Of a DNA stretch of 64,000 nucleotides, positions 21,981 to 33,511 are shown piece by piece. This DNA comes from Nitrososphaeria archaeon. Lineage in GTDB: Archaea; Thermoproteota; Nitrososphaeria; JACIWG01. Numbering within the stretch: position 1 is the stretch's first letter; every line of letters begins with the position of its first letter. The notes beneath the pieces were generated by a model that did no database searches, had not been told where the DNA came from, and worked only from the letters and a program-made list of their open reading frames with translations. Both the position numbers and the translations under genes were made by a program. The stretch is taken from contig CAVVXT010000010.1 of assembly GCA_963752255.1 (NCBI GenBank), forward strand, positions 1 through 64,000, written 5' to 3'.

Positions 21981-22343
21981 TTAGGAAAATAGAATAAGGA
22001 AATCCTGATCGATGCCGCCCATCTGTTCCGTTTTAACCCAGTCAATTGAGCGTTCGAATATAAAAGAGAATAGCATGTATACATTGATACTCGCAAACAG
22101 AAAGAAATAGGGGATAAGAAGGAAGGACATCATAATATAAGCCAATTTGTTCTTGATGCTACTTAACAGGATTCATGTGATCACAATTATCTCAAATTTA
22201 TCTTAAAAATTTTACGAGTTTCTGAAGTCTTCATTGTGAAGTTCTTCCATGTTTCATAGACCTGAAAACAATAGGTAAAAGGAGTAGGCACCCGCCACAT
22301 AAAGGACTATTGAAATAAAAAACGTGAGGGGGTCAAGAATCAT
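21981..22343 (-). pseudogene. possible remnant of a membrane glycosyltransferase (N- and C-terminal TM pieces only)
   Basis: 29-aa hydrophobic ORF at 22254-22343 and a downstream frame ...IPYFFLFASINVYMLFSFIFERSIDWVKTE, resembling the GT2 C-terminal WxKT. Confidence 0.3.
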
Positions 22344-22454
22344 TTGAATCACGTTATATATCTCAATTAATTAGATTTAAAACTTGTCAAGTGATGATTT
22401 ATTTCTGTTAAAAAAAAATATAAAATAGTAGTTCTCTATATCTTAAGATGCAAA

Positions 22455-23672
22455 ATGCCAGTAAAAATAGGATTAATCGGAAAGACTAATACGGGGAAGA
22501 CAACTTTCTTCAATTCAGCTACGCTTCAAAGTGCTGAAGTTTCGACATATCCCTTTACTACAAAGACACCCAATATGGGTATAGCTAATGTGGTAACCTT
22601 ATGTGTTCATAAGGAGTTAGGCGTAAAGGATGATCCGAAGAATTCAAGATGCGAAAACGGGTGGAGATTCGTTCCCGTAGAACTTGTCGACTTACCAGGT
22701 CTGATTAAAGGTGCGTGGATGGGTAAGGGGTTAGGTAATCAGTTCCTCACTGTAGCCGCACAGGCAGATACATTAATTCACATAGTTGATGCTTCAGGTT
22801 CAGTCGACTCGGAAGGCAGAATTGCGGAGCCTGGCACAGGAGATCCTGTCGCAGACATAGGTGATATTGAAGAAGAAATAGTTATGTGGTACTTAAAACT
22901 TATTTTAGCTAATCAAGATCGGATAGAAAGAGATCTTAAAAAGGAAATCGATTTACCGACTTCAATCCAAAGTTTCATGCAGGGGATTGGAGTTACAAAA
23001 GATCATGTGACACAGGCTCTTGAAAAAACAAACCTTACAAAGAAAGAATATCTTAATTGGGGGGAGGAGGAGCTTAAGGAATTTGCGTGGATGCTGCGTG
23101 ACATTTCAAAGCCCACCATAATACTTGCTAACAAGATGGACCTTCAAAACGCGGAAGAAAATTTTGAACGGATACGGGAGGAGTATTCGGATATGATAGT
23201 TATTCCAGCAAGCGCGGAAGCAGAACTGACTCTAAGAAAGGCAGAGCAGAAAGGCTATATAAAATATATTCCAGGAGAGGAAAGATTTATGATACTTGAT
23301 TCAAGTGGCCTGACCGATCAACAGAAATGGGCACTGAACTTCATCAGAAAGACCGTGTTAAGTCAATATCTTCACACAGGGGTCCAGTTTGCTCTCAATG
23401 TTACAGTCTTTAAGTTGCTTAAAATGAGTACCGTGTACCCTGTTTATGATCCGAAGACGCTAAAGGACAAAGATGGAAACGTGCTTCCGGATGTGCATCT
23501 GATGCCATATGGTAGCACGATAGCCGACCTTGCGAGGGAAGTGCATACAGCTCTTGCGAGAGGGCTACTTTATGGCATAGACTGCAGAGATGGAATCCGT
23601 TTGCCTGCGTCATACAAACTTAAAGATCGAGACGTCATATCTCTAGTGTCGGCGAGCTCTAAAAAGAAATAG
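22455..23672 (+). CDS. ychF: Obg-family YchF-like ATPase/GTPase with TGS domain
   Basis: GKTNTGKTT, YPFTT, DLPGL, GLGNQFL, ANKMD. Confidence 0.92.
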   Translation: MPVKIGLIGKTNTGKTTFFNSATLQSAEVSTYPFTTKTPNMGIANVVTLCVHKELGVKDDPKNSRCENGWRFVPVELVDLPGLIKGAWMGKGLGNQFLTVAAQADTLIHIVDASGSVDSEGRIAEPGTGDPVADIGDIEEEIVMWYLKLILANQDRIERDLKKEIDLPTSIQSFMQGIGVTKDHVTQALEKTNLTKKEYLNWGEEELKEFAWMLRDISKPTIILANKMDLQNAEENFERIREEYSDMIVIPASAEAELTLRKAEQKGYIKYIPGEERFMILDSSGLTDQQKWALNFIRKTVLSQYLHTGVQFALNVTVFKLLKMSTVYPVYDPKTLKDKDGNVLPDVHLMPYGSTIADLAREVHTALARGLLYGIDCRDGIRLPASYKLKDRDVISLVSASSKKK

Positions 23673-23705
23673 GTTCACGATCGTAAACTTTACCTTTAAG
23701 GACGA

Positions 23706-25169
23706 TTAGCTTCTTTCTGCTCTTCTCCATCTTATTCCTTCCTTAGTGTCCTCCACAATTAAGCCGTACTTCTCTCTTAATTCGTTTCTGATTTCGTCCG
23801 AACGCTTGAAATCCTTTTTCTGTCTAGCCTTATTTCTTTCTTCAATAAGATCCTTAACTTCTTTGGTAAGTTCATCGCCTTCTTCAAGGAAGTCTTTTAG
23901 TTTTAATCCGAACACGTTATCGAACCAAAGAATAAGCTCTATAGCTTTTTTAGCATCATCTTTTGACAGCTTCTTAGCTTCCAATATTTTATTAACTGTG
24001 GTAATAAACTTGAAGGTGACGGCGAGAGCTTTTGGTATGTTAATATCATCATTCACGGCTTTCAAGAAATCTTTTTTCGCTTTAGACAGTGATGAAGAAA
24101 GACTTTTAGGACGGCTGGGCGCTTCAGCTTCCTTTATTGTTTTAAGAAAATTGGAAATTCTTTCAATGGAAGCTTTCGCTCCGCTTAATCCGGTAAAAGT
24201 AAAGTTCAATTGGTGCCTATAGTGTGAGGACAAAAAGAGATACCTGACTTCACGCCAATTGTACCCCTTATCTAAGATGTCCCCGAGTGTATAATAGTTT
24301 TTGAGGGACTTGGACATCTTATTTCCCTCAACTAATAGGAACTGGCAGTGAAACCAATAGTTTACAAACTTTTTACCTGTTGAAGCTTCACTCTGAGCGA
24401 TTTCATTCGTATGATGGATGTTGATGTGATCGACACCACCGCAATGTATGTCAAAAGTGTCACCTAAGTACTTAGTACTCATAGCGCTACATTCTATATG
24501 CCATCCAGGAAAACCAACGCCCCAAGGCGAATCCCATTCCATCTGCCTTTTCTTATCTTTAGGAGAAAATTTCCATAGAGCGAAGTCGGTGATGTTCTTT
24601 TTTCCTTGAACAAGATCCACCCTAGCACCCGCTTTCAGGTACTTGTTCAACCTTTTGAAACTCATTCCCGTGAGCTTTCCGTATCCCTTAAACTTTGAAG
24701 TGTCAAAGTATATTCCATCTCCTTCAATTTTATATGTATACCCTTTTTCTTCAAGCCTTTTCACCAAGGCTATCATTTCATCGATGTTGTCGGTTGCTTT
24801 GACGATTCTGTTGGGCAAGAGTATGTTAAGTGCTTCCATTTCTCTGCAAAAAATTTTCGTGAAAAAGTCTGCGATCTCCCAAGCGCTCTTTTTACTTTCC
24901 CTAGCCATCTTCTCCACCTTATCTTCTCCCGTATCAGCCTGACTCGTCAGGTGCCCAACGTCGGTGATGTTCATTACCTGGGTTACCCTGTATCCGTCGA
25001 GTTCAAGCACCCTCCTTAGAACATCTTCGTTAACATAGGTTTTCATGTTACCAATGTGTGGATAATCGTACACAGTAAGACCGCAGCAGTACATTTTAAC
25101 TTCACTATCATATATAGGCTTGAATATCTGTTTCCTTCTACCTAAAGTGTTGAAAAGCCTTAACACCAT
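23706..25169 (-). CDS. cysS: cysteine--tRNA ligase
   Basis: [39 protein letters not shown]. The likely start is MVLRLFNTL at 25169. Confidence 0.97.
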   Translation of the reverse strand: MVLRLFNTLGRRKQIFKPIYDSEVKMYCCGLTVYDYPHIGNMKTYVNEDVLRRVLELDGYRVTQVMNITDVGHLTSQADTGEDKVEKMARESKKSAWEIADFFTKIFCREMEALNILLPNRIVKATDNIDEMIALVKRLEEKGYTYKIEGDGIYFDTSKFKGYGKLTGMSFKRLNKYLKAGARVDLVQGKKNITDFALWKFSPKDKKRQMEWDSPWGVGFPGWHIECSAMSTKYLGDTFDIHCGGVDHINIHHTNEIAQSEASTGKKFVNYWFHCQFLLVEGNKMSKSLKNYYTLGDILDKGYNWREVRYLFLSSHYRHQLNFTFTGLSGAKASIERISNFLKTIKEAEAPSRPKSLSSSLSKAKKDFLKAVNDDINIPKALAVTFKFITTVNKILEAKKLSKDDAKKAIELILWFDNVFGLKLKDFLEEGDELTKEVKDLIEERNKARQKKDFKRSDEIRNELREKYGLIVEDTKEGIRWRRAERS

Positions 25170-25262
25170 TGCCTTTTCCTCGCATCTTTGATAAGACAAA
25201 AATTTAATATACGTTTTCTTTAAGAACGACGCTACAAAAACCATTGCTTAATTAGAGCAGCC

Positions 25263-28200
25263 CTATTTTCGCAAAGACTGGTAATATTCTTGTAGAGATT
25301 TGACTTTGAGTTCCTTAACACTTGATATGCCCTTAAGCAGTTCTTCTAACACTTTTGGTACTGTCACAACTTGAATGCCCATTTCCACCGCTTTCCTCCT
25401 TATTACATATTCGTCTTCCATTACACTTTCATATTCTTCGACATTCTTGGGTTCAGGAATATTGATTACGAGATCTATTTTCCTATTGACTAAGTAGCTT
25501 AATATATTCGGTTCCTTTTTGTCACTAACCTTGTTTAGTACGTTCACTTTAAGCCCTTTATCCTTGAAATATGCCGCCGTTCCAAGTGTGCAATAAACAT
25601 CACAGCCCAGCCAAAGCAGTCGCCTAATGAGTGGTTCTATCTCAGCTTTTTTCATATCAGTACCAGCGCTCACGAAGATACTTCCCTTAGAGCTCAGAGT
25701 AGGTATCTTTAGTCCGACAGCAATGGACGCCTTAACAAGAGCCTCGTAGAAGGTGTCTCCTATACACGCTGCTTCCCCTGTCGATTTCATTTCTACACCA
25801 AGTATGGGGTCAGCACCGTCGATCTGCATAAAAGAAAACTGTGGCGCTTTGACACCTACGTATGGTACGCTTATATCGTCCATGTCTTCTATCCCCATGT
25901 TCAACAGCGCTTTTGCAGCGTAGTCCATTAGATTTATTCCCTTGATTTTTGATACAAAGGGCATAGATCTGCTTGCCCTTAGGTTACATTCTATGACGCT
26001 AACATCATAGCCTTTAACCAGATATTGAACATTAAATGGACCAACGATCTTAAGCGCCCTAGCTATATTTCTACTGTAATCCTTGATCCTTTTTAAATGA
26101 AAGCTAGAAAGCCTCTGTGAAGGTATTACCATGGTTGCGTCCCCAGAATGTATTCCAGCTTGTTCCAAGTGTTCGATAACCGCACCAATGAGTACATTGT
26201 TGCCATCAGAAATCCCATCCACTTCAACTTCCATTGCACCGCTGACAAATTTGCTCACGGTAACGGGGAATTCTCTCGTTACTTTCGCAGCTTTCTTGAG
26301 GAACTCTTCGAGTTGGTAGTGGTTCCATGCGACCTTCATGACTGCACCACCTAAAACATAAGATGGGCGAACGATAACAGGATATTCGATGTCTTCAGCA
26401 AATCTTTTTGCTTCCTGTATGGAACTAAACTTAGCCCATTTGGGTTGGTGAATATCCAAGCTATCAAGCATAGAGCTAAACTTAACTCTGTCTTCAGCTC
26501 TATCTACGTTTTCTCCTGTTGTACCTAAGATCTTGATATTCGCATCAGATAGTTTGGGAGCTAGATTGTTGGCAGTCTGTCCCCCTACGCATGTGACAAC
26601 ACCTATTGGGTTCTCTTTTTCATAGATGTCTGCAACTCTTTCAAATGATATCTCTTCAAAGTAAAGTTTATCGCTCATATCATAGTCTGTTGAGACAGTT
26701 TCCGGATTGCAGTTTACAACGATGGTTTCATTTATCCCAAATTTTTTTAGAGACCAGACTAAATTCATGGTGCTCCAGTCAAATTCGACGGAACTTCCTA
26801 TTCTATAGGTTCCAGCACCTAAAACTATCACCTTCTTCTTCTCATCTTTAAAGTCTATATCATCCTTATTGCCTCCATATGTTAGATAGAGGTAGTTTGT
26901 CTTAGCAGGCCACTCTGCCGCAAGAGTGTCTATCTGCTTGACGACAGGTATGATACCAAATTCCTTTCTGAAAGACCTGACTTCCTTTTCACTTGTGTTA
27001 GTTGACTTGGCTATCTGATTATCAGAGAAACCCATCTTTTTCGCTGCTCTCACTAAATCTGCATTTCCTTCAAGCTTGCCTAAATTTTTAAACTTCTGCT
27101 CTATGTCGACTATGTTCTTTATTTTGTCAACAAACCATCTGTCTATCCAAGTCAGCTTACATATCTTATCAACACTTATCCCAATCTTAAGTGCTTTGAC
27201 GATGGTTAGGAGTATGGAGTCTGTTGGCATCGACAAAGCATTTTCGATATCTTCAACCGATTCCCCTTCCAGTTCAGCATAGAGCCCGATGAGACCTATG
27301 TCTAGCATTCTCATCGCCTTCTGTAGCGCCTCTTCAAATGTCCTACCTATTGCCATCACTTCCCCGACAGACTTCATCTGGGTCCTTAATTTTCTATCCA
27401 CATAACCAAATTTCGATAGATCCCATCTGGGGACTTTAATTACAACATAATCGAGTGCAGGTTCAAAGAAAGAGCTCGTAACATTTGTCACCTTGTTCGT
27501 TATCTCTGGAAGAGAATAACCTATTGCAAGTTTTGCCGCTATATACGCGAGCGGATAGCCTGTTGCTTTAGAAGCAAGCGCTGAAGAACGCGAAAGCCTC
27601 GGATTAATCTCAATTATGTAAAACTTGTTAGATTTCGGATCTAAAGCCAGCTGTACGTTACATTCTCCAACAATCTTGCTTGCTCTAGTTGCTTTTATAG
27701 ACGCTTCTCTTAAGAGATGGTACTCATCATTCGTTAAAGTCTGAGAGGGCGAAACTACGAAGTTATCACCTGTGTGCACCCTCATACCCAAGACATTTTC
27801 CATATTGCATACGGTTATTGCGTTATCGTCGTAATCCCTTACAACTTCATATTCAACCTGTTTGTAGGGCCCAATATACTCTTCAATCAGAACTTGACCA
27901 ATATAGCTGTTCGCTATACCCTTGCTCACAATTTCATCTAATTCCAGTTGATTATATGCTACGCCGCCACCGCGTCCCCCAAGATTGTATGCAACTCTTA
28001 TGATCACAGGGTAACCGATTCTGTCAGCAATCTTTAAAGCGTCTTTGACGTTTGTAACCGCTTCACTTGCTAGAACAGGAAGATTGTTGTCTTCCATCGT
28101 CTTCCTAAATAATTGTCTGTCAGATGTTATGTTTATGCTCTCTACACTGGTGCCGAAAACCCTTGACTTATATTTCTCAAAAATGCCTCTTCTATACAGT

Positions 28201-28502
28201 TCGAAACCACAATTTAGAGCGGTTTGCCCACCAAATCCAAGAAGCACGCCATCAGGTCTCTCCTTTTCAATCACTTTTTCAACAAACTCTGGCGTAGTAG
28301 GAATAAGGTACACTCTGTCAGCCATTTTAGGATCGGTCTGTATTGTAGCGATGTTAGAATTTACTAGAATTGTCTCAATCGACTCTTCCTTCAAGGCCTT
28401 CAAAGCCTGCGTTCCAGAATAATCAAATTCACCAGCCATAGAAATCTGGATTGGACCAGAACCTATTACCAGAACCTTCTTCACAAAATCGAATTTTGCC
28501 AT
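25263..28502 (-). CDS. carB: carbamoyl-phosphate synthase large subunit
   Basis: GSGPIQI, EFDYSG, GGQTALN, NPRLSRSSALASKATGYP, NCNPETVSTDYD. Confidence 0.97.
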   Translation of the reverse strand: MAKFDFVKKVLVIGSGPIQISMAGEFDYSGTQALKALKEESIETILVNSNIATIQTDPKMADRVYLIPTTPEFVEKVIEKERPDGVLLGFGGQTALNCGFELYRRGIFEKYKSRVFGTSVESINITSDRQLFRKTMEDNNLPVLASEAVTNVKDALKIADRIGYPVIIRVAYNLGGRGGGVAYNQLELDEIVSKGIANSYIGQVLIEEYIGPYKQVEYEVVRDYDDNAITVCNMENVLGMRVHTGDNFVVSPSQTLTNDEYHLLREASIKATRASKIVGECNVQLALDPKSNKFYIIEINPRLSRSSALASKATGYPLAYIAAKLAIGYSLPEITNKVTNVTSSFFEPALDYVVIKVPRWDLSKFGYVDRKLRTQMKSVGEVMAIGRTFEEALQKAMRMLDIGLIGLYAELEGESVEDIENALSMPTDSILLTIVKALKIGISVDKICKLTWIDRWFVDKIKNIVDIEQKFKNLGKLEGNADLVRAAKKMGFSDNQIAKSTNTSEKEVRSFRKEFGIIPVVKQIDTLAAEWPAKTNYLYLTYGGNKDDIDFKDEKKKVIVLGAGTYRIGSSVEFDWSTMNLVWSLKKFGINETIVVNCNPETVSTDYDMSDKLYFEEISFERVADIYEKENPIGVVTCVGGQTANNLAPKLSDANIKILGTTGENVDRAEDRVKFSSMLDSLDIHQPKWAKFSSIQEAKRFAEDIEYPVIVRPSYVLGGAVMKVAWNHYQLEEFLKKAAKVTREFPVTVSKFVSGAMEVEVDGISDGNNVLIGAVIEHLEQAGIHSGDATMVIPSQRLSSFHLKRIKDYSRNIARALKIVGPFNVQYLVKGYDVSVIECNLRASRSMPFVSKIKGINLMDYAAKALLNMGIEDMDDISVPYVGVKAPQFSFMQIDGADPILGVEMKSTGEAACIGDTFYEALVKASIAVGLKIPTLSSKGSIFVSAGTDMKKAEIEPLIRRLLWLGCDVYCTLGTAAYFKDKGLKVNVLNKVSDKKEPNILSYLVNRKIDLVINIPEPKNVEEYESVMEDEYVIRRKAVEMGIQVVTVPKVLEELLKGISSVKELKVKSLQEYYQSLRK

Positions 28503-28503
28503 T

Positions 28504-29619
28504 CTACCCTGTCACCATCTTAGCGAAGATATCGAAGACGAATGTCATATCATATGGGCCAGGGGAAGCTTCAGGATGGAACTGTGTTGAAATTATTTGT
28601 TTAGTCCTATGTTTGAGACCTTCGATAGTGCCATCATCTATGTTTCTCAGCCAAGGTTCAAAGTTTGTGCCAATTAGAGAATCCTTTGCAACCGCATAAC
28701 CATGGTTTTCGCTGACGATATAGCACTTGTTACTGGAAATGTCCAAGGCTGGTTTATTTTGACCTCTGTGCCCGAACTTTAGTTTGTACGTGTCTGCGCC
28801 CGCAGCCAACGATAAAATTTGATTACCTAAACAAATGCCCAAGATAGGAACACTATATTTTTCAAGTAGTCTCCTCACCTCAGAAATCGAAATGGCTAAC
28901 GTCTTGGGATCGCCGGGGCCATTGCACAAAACAATTCCATCGGGATTAAAGCTCATCATTTCTTTAGCTGTACATGTATACGGTACTCTAACTACCTTAA
29001 AGCCTCTAAGAAGAAGATTTCTTAGTATATTATATTTTAGTCCATAATCGACTAAAACCACTGTTTTTTTACCGGTTCCATAGATTTTCGGCGATTTTAT
29101 ACTAACTTCATCCACGAAGTTTATTTCACCATACTTTTTGCTTTTTTCGAGCATTTTAAAGCCCCTTTCTGGACTTTCATCCGAGACGATGGCGCCCATC
29201 ATTACACCCTTTACTCTGATCCTCTGAGTCAGGCTTCTTGTGTCTACATCGAATATCCCCGGTATCTTTTCTTTGAAAAGCCAATCTTGGATGCTCTTAA
29301 CCGAAGCCCAATGGGATGGCTTTTTACAAAATTCATGAACTATTACACCTTGAACCTTTATAGAATCCGATTCAAAGAACCTAGGCAACCCAAATTCATC
29401 GACATTCTCATAGCTTGCGACACCATAGTTCCCTATTAGAGGATATGTGAACATTAAGATTTGTCCTTTATATGAAGGATCAGTTAGAGATTTCGTGTAG
29501 CCAACCATACCTGTAGTAAAGACCACTTCTCCTACAACGCTTTTATGATAGCCGAATGACCTTCCTTCGTGTGTCGTGCCGTCATCGAGAACAATCCAAG
29601 CCTTTTTTCCTACGGTCGT
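28504..29619 (-). CDS. carA: carbamoyl-phosphate synthase small subunit; reading frame extends upstream of the called GTG
   Basis: FTTGMVGY, TDPSY, NGPGDP, GICLG, FGHRG, QFHPEA. The in-frame upstream sequence KAWIVLDDGTTHEGRSFG matches the CarA N-terminus. Confidence 0.95.
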   Translation of the reverse strand, partial: TTVGKKAWIVLDDGTTHEGRSFGYHKSVVGEVVFTTGMVGYTKSLTDPSYKGQILMFTYPLIGNYGVASYENVDEFGLPRFFESDSIKVQGVIVHEFCKKPSHWASVKSIQDWLFKEKIPGIFDVDTRSLTQRIRVKGVMMGAIVSDESPERGFKMLEKSKKYGEINFVDEVSIKSPKIYGTGKKTVVLVDYGLKYNILRNLLLRGFKVVRVPYTCTAKEMMSFNPDGIVLCNGPGDPKTLAISISEVRRLLEKYSVPILGICLGNQILSLAAGADTYKLKFGHRGQNKPALDISSNKCYIVSENHGYAVAKDSLIGTNFEPWLRNIDDGTIEGLKHRTKQIISTQFHPEASPGPYDMTFVFDIFAKMVTG

Positions 29620-29788
29620 GAACCCTCTTCCGGCTATACTTTTATTGTTTTTAAATCTTTCTTAAACATATGATAATGTATTTAAGAAGAAATGCGTTCC
29701 TAAGGCGTTCAACATTATAAGATTGATACTTATAAAGCAACTGACTTGGGATAAGTTAAAATCCTATCGCTAAAGAGGATTAACGGCG

Positions 29789-32053
29789 ATGAGAAGCAGA
29801 ATTTCGATTGCAGGTGTTGTTCAAGGTGTCGGTTTTCGACCTTTTGTTTACAGAACAGCTCTGCGGAACCACCTTAATGGCAATATTAAGAACCTGGGTG
29901 ACGGTACGGTGGAAATTGAGGTCGAAGGAAAAAAAGGTGATATTGAACAATTTGTAAAGGAACTGTATTCTCTTAAACCTATTTATTCAAAAATAGAAAG
30001 ATTTCAAAGGCAAGATTTTGATAAAGAACTAGGATATACAAAGTTTGTTATTCTTAAAAGTGAGCACAAAGAAAAGGAAAGCGCTTCTCTTATTCCTCCG
30101 GATCTCGGAATATGCGAAGACTGTGCAAGGGAACTGTTTGACCCTAAAAATAGAAGGTTTGGCTATCATTTTATTACATGCACTAATTGTGGGCCAAGAT
30201 TCACAATAATTGAGAAGTATCCATACGACAAAAAGAATACTACGATGAAGGATTTCCCGTTGTGCAGACTTTGTGCGAGAGAATATGAATATCCGATTGA
30301 CAGAAGGTTTCATGCGGAAACAATCGCCTGCAGAACCTGTGGACCCACACTTCTATTATACGATAGGAACAGCTACCTGCTTGACGGCGATCCCATAGTT
30401 GATGCGGCTAACGCTATAGACAATGGAAAGATTATAGCTATAAAGGGGGTTGGTGGTTTCCATATTGCACTTTCTGCTTACGATGACAACGCAATTTCGC
30501 GTTTGAGACAATGGAAACACCGTGAACAAAAACCATTTGCAATTATGGTAAAAGATATTGATACAGTAAGAAAGCTCGCATATGCTGACAAAGAAGAAGA
30601 AGAGATATTGCTATCTTCTTATAAACCAATAGTTCTTCTAAAGCAAAAGGAAGAGAGCCCTATATCGAAGCTCGTCAGCCCCGGGCTGCATAATGTTGGC
30701 ATAATGTTACCATACGCGGGTTTACATCTGCTTCTTTTTAACAAATCTAAGACGGATGTTTACATAATGACTAGCGGTAACCTTCCTTCTGAACCGATTG
30801 TTTCTGAAGAAAAGGAGGCTGTTAAGGAATTTTCATCGATGGTAGACTACTTTTTGGTACATAATAGGAGAATTCTCTACAAATGTGATGATTCTGTAGT
30901 GCGGAAAGTCGACGGCGATATTTATTTTTTGAGAAGATCTAGGGGGTACACACCTCAACCTCTATTCTTAGAGGGAACCAAGGATGTCATAGGGCTTGGG
31001 GCAGAAGAGAATGTAGCCGGATGTGTTGTGTCATCAAACAAGGCTTTCTTAACCCAATACATAGGTGATATAGAAAATCTTGAAACACTAGAATATTTTA
31101 AGTATGCACTCAACAGAATTATCAAGCTGACTTCATGCAAGCCCAGAGCGATCGCTCATGATCTTCACCCGACATTAAATACAACTGTTCTTGCGGAAGA
31201 ACTTTCAAAGGAGCTGAACATTCCCTCTTATCCCGTACAACATCATCATGCTCACATATGTTCTGTCATGGCAGAGAACAACCTAGAGCAGACGGTCGGC
31301 ATAGCAATAGACGGGTACGGCTACGGTTTTGACAAGAACGCTTGGGGAGGGGAAATATTATTCTGTGACAGAGAAAAGATTGAAAGAGTTGGACACCTGG
31401 AAGAACAGCCATATATAGGGGGGGACCTTGCAGCAAAATATCCTGCTCGAATAGTTTTTGCCGTCCTTTCAAAAGTTGGATACGGCAATAAATGGGTCTC
31501 ATCGAATCTAAGGAAATTTCCGTATTCCAGTGAAGAAGTTAAGATCCTTACAATGAAATTGAAATTGAAGGATTATGTTCTGACATCAAGTTTTGGCCGG
31601 ATTCTGGATGCAGTGTCAACCATGCTTGGCATATGTAACGTTCGAACCTATGAAGGGGAACCTGCTATGAAGCTTGAAAGCGTTGCTCTAAGAGCTAAGA
31701 GAGATTTTAAGTTCGAACCTGTTATAGAAGGGGACGTCCTTATGACGACACCACTTTTGAAGAAGGTCTTCTTGAACATTAACGGACATCCAAACACTGA
31801 ACTAGCTTATGCTACAGAAGAATATTTAGCGAAAGGAGTTGCAGAATTAGCGGTCAGAAAAGCCAAAGAATATAGTATAAGAAATATTTCCATATCTGGA
31901 GGAGTAGCGTTCAACGAACATATTTCTAGAACCATTAGAAAACATATAGAAGCAAGCAAACTAAAGCTGCACAAGAACAGATATGCGCCACCAGGCGATG
32001 GTGGCATATCTTTAGGGCAAGGTTATGTGGTCGGAAAATGGCTTACTAAATAG
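29789..32053 (+). CDS. hypF: carbamoyltransferase HypF
   Basis: GVVQGVGFRPF, two CxxC zinc-finger pairs (CTNCGPRF), KGVGGFH, HDLHP, QHHHAH, GDGGISLGQ. Confidence 0.97.
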   Translation: MRSRISIAGVVQGVGFRPFVYRTALRNHLNGNIKNLGDGTVEIEVEGKKGDIEQFVKELYSLKPIYSKIERFQRQDFDKELGYTKFVILKSEHKEKESASLIPPDLGICEDCARELFDPKNRRFGYHFITCTNCGPRFTIIEKYPYDKKNTTMKDFPLCRLCAREYEYPIDRRFHAETIACRTCGPTLLLYDRNSYLLDGDPIVDAANAIDNGKIIAIKGVGGFHIALSAYDDNAISRLRQWKHREQKPFAIMVKDIDTVRKLAYADKEEEEILLSSYKPIVLLKQKEESPISKLVSPGLHNVGIMLPYAGLHLLLFNKSKTDVYIMTSGNLPSEPIVSEEKEAVKEFSSMVDYFLVHNRRILYKCDDSVVRKVDGDIYFLRRSRGYTPQPLFLEGTKDVIGLGAEENVAGCVVSSNKAFLTQYIGDIENLETLEYFKYALNRIIKLTSCKPRAIAHDLHPTLNTTVLAEELSKELNIPSYPVQHHHAHICSVMAENNLEQTVGIAIDGYGYGFDKNAWGGEILFCDREKIERVGHLEEQPYIGGDLAAKYPARIVFAVLSKVGYGNKWVSSNLRKFPYSSEEVKILTMKLKLKDYVLTSSFGRILDAVSTMLGICNVRTYEGEPAMKLESVALRAKRDFKFEPVIEGDVLMTTPLLKKVFLNINGHPNTELAYATEEYLAKGVAELAVRKAKEYSIRNISISGGVAFNEHISRTIRKHIEASKLKLHKNRYAPPGDGGISLGQGYVVGKWLTK

Positions 32054-32172
32054 ATGTCAAAGATAAAACCGAAAAATCTTTTGCAAAACTATGACCACTA
32101 CTAGGAAACTAAAATATTGAAAAATTGAGAAATTTATATATAATAGAGTAATATTTGTACGAATGTACCGCA

Positions 32173-32385
32173 ATGTGCCTAGCAATTCCAGGAAAGATCG
32201 TAGAAAAGGATAGAGATCATGGAAAGATAGATTTTGGGGGAGTATATAGAGAGGTAAATCTTTCTCTAGTTAACGCGAAGGTTGGTGATTACGTGATTGT
32301 TCACGCAGGATTTGCGATTTCAAAGATAAACAGAAGGGAAGCCGAAGAGACTTTGAAGCTTGCAAGGGAAATTTTTTCGTCTTAG
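32173..32385 (+). CDS. hypC: hydrogenase maturation chaperone HypC
   Basis: MCLAIPG start, VIVHAGFAI. Confidence 0.95.
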   Translation: MCLAIPGKIVEKDRDHGKIDFGGVYREVNLSLVNAKVGDYVIVHAGFAISKINRREAEETLKLAREIFSS

Positions 32386-32399
32386 GAAGATGATATAGC

Positions 32400-33479
32400 T
32401 TGGAGTGGCTCAAAGACTCTAACCTAATTAGAGGCATCGTAGATAAGATAGGAGAACATAATGTTAAACTAAATTTTATGCACGCTTGTGGCACCCATCA
32501 AGAAACTCTTGTTAAATATGGACTTGACAGCTTGTTCTCGAAAGTGGGGATAGTGGTACGATCGGGCCCTGGATGCCCAGTCTGCATCACAACCGCAAAA
32601 GAATTTGTCGAAATCATGTCTTTAGGTGAAAGGGGGAAATTGATAACGGCGTACGGAGATTGCCTAAGAGTCCCCGTGAACCAGAGGTCGTTGATGAGCC
32701 TAAGGGAGGAGGGGTACGATGTGAGAATCGTGTACAGCATAGAAGATGCAGCGAAAATAGCGGAGGAAGAGAAAAGGGATGTTATTTTTATGGCAATAGG
32801 TTTCGAAACTACGGCTCCAAGCACCGCCTCTACTTTACTTAGAGATAATCTGCCAGAGAATTTTTATGTTCTTAGCTGCCACAGGTTCTTCTTACCAGCG
32901 ATGGTAAAACTTCTAGAAATGGGTGAAATAAAACTTCAAGGATTAATAGAGCCTGGCCATGTTAGTGCAATTATTGGAACGTCGCCGTATAAATACATAC
33001 GTGATAGGTTTTGTATTCCACAGGTTATTTCTGGTTTTGAACCCCTCGACATGGCTCTTTCGATATACGAGCTTGTTAGCCAATACTTGGATGACGAACC
33101 GAAAGTCGAGAATGAGTACAAAAGGGTCGTTCCTGCAGAAGGAAACGGGATAGCTATGAGAAGAATTGAGGAGGTGTTTGAAAAAGCAGATATCGAATGG
33201 CGAGGTTTTCCGACAATATCGAAGTCTTCGATGAAGATCAGGGAAAAGTATTCTGCTCACGACGCCTCGAAACAATTCGAAGACATACTTAACAAGATAA
33301 GATATGAACCTTCCAAGGTTGAAATGGATTGTAGATGTGGTGAAGTATTACGTGGCCTTATTGAGCCAAAAGAATGCCCCTTATTTGGTAGAGCATGTTC
33401 GTTAGAAAATCCAATTGGTGCATGTATGGTTTCAATTGAAGGTTCTTGCAGAATACAGCTAGAATTTGGTCAAACATGA
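32400..33479 (+). CDS. hypD: hydrogenase maturation protein HypD
   Basis: CGTH, GPGCPVC, GFETT, PGHVS, GACMVSIEGSC. Confidence 0.96.
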   Translation: MEWLKDSNLIRGIVDKIGEHNVKLNFMHACGTHQETLVKYGLDSLFSKVGIVVRSGPGCPVCITTAKEFVEIMSLGERGKLITAYGDCLRVPVNQRSLMSLREEGYDVRIVYSIEDAAKIAEEEKRDVIFMAIGFETTAPSTASTLLRDNLPENFYVLSCHRFFLPAMVKLLEMGEIKLQGLIEPGHVSAIIGTSPYKYIRDRFCIPQVISGFEPLDMALSIYELVSQYLDDEPKVENEYKRVVPAEGNGIAMRRIEEVFEKADIEWRGFPTISKSSMKIREKYSAHDASKQFEDILNKIRYEPSKVEMDCRCGEVLRGLIEPKECPLFGRACSLENPIGACMVSIEGSCRIQLEFGQT

Positions 33480-33511
33480 CAGTTAAGGATCGACCGCAAT
33501 AGAATAATTTT

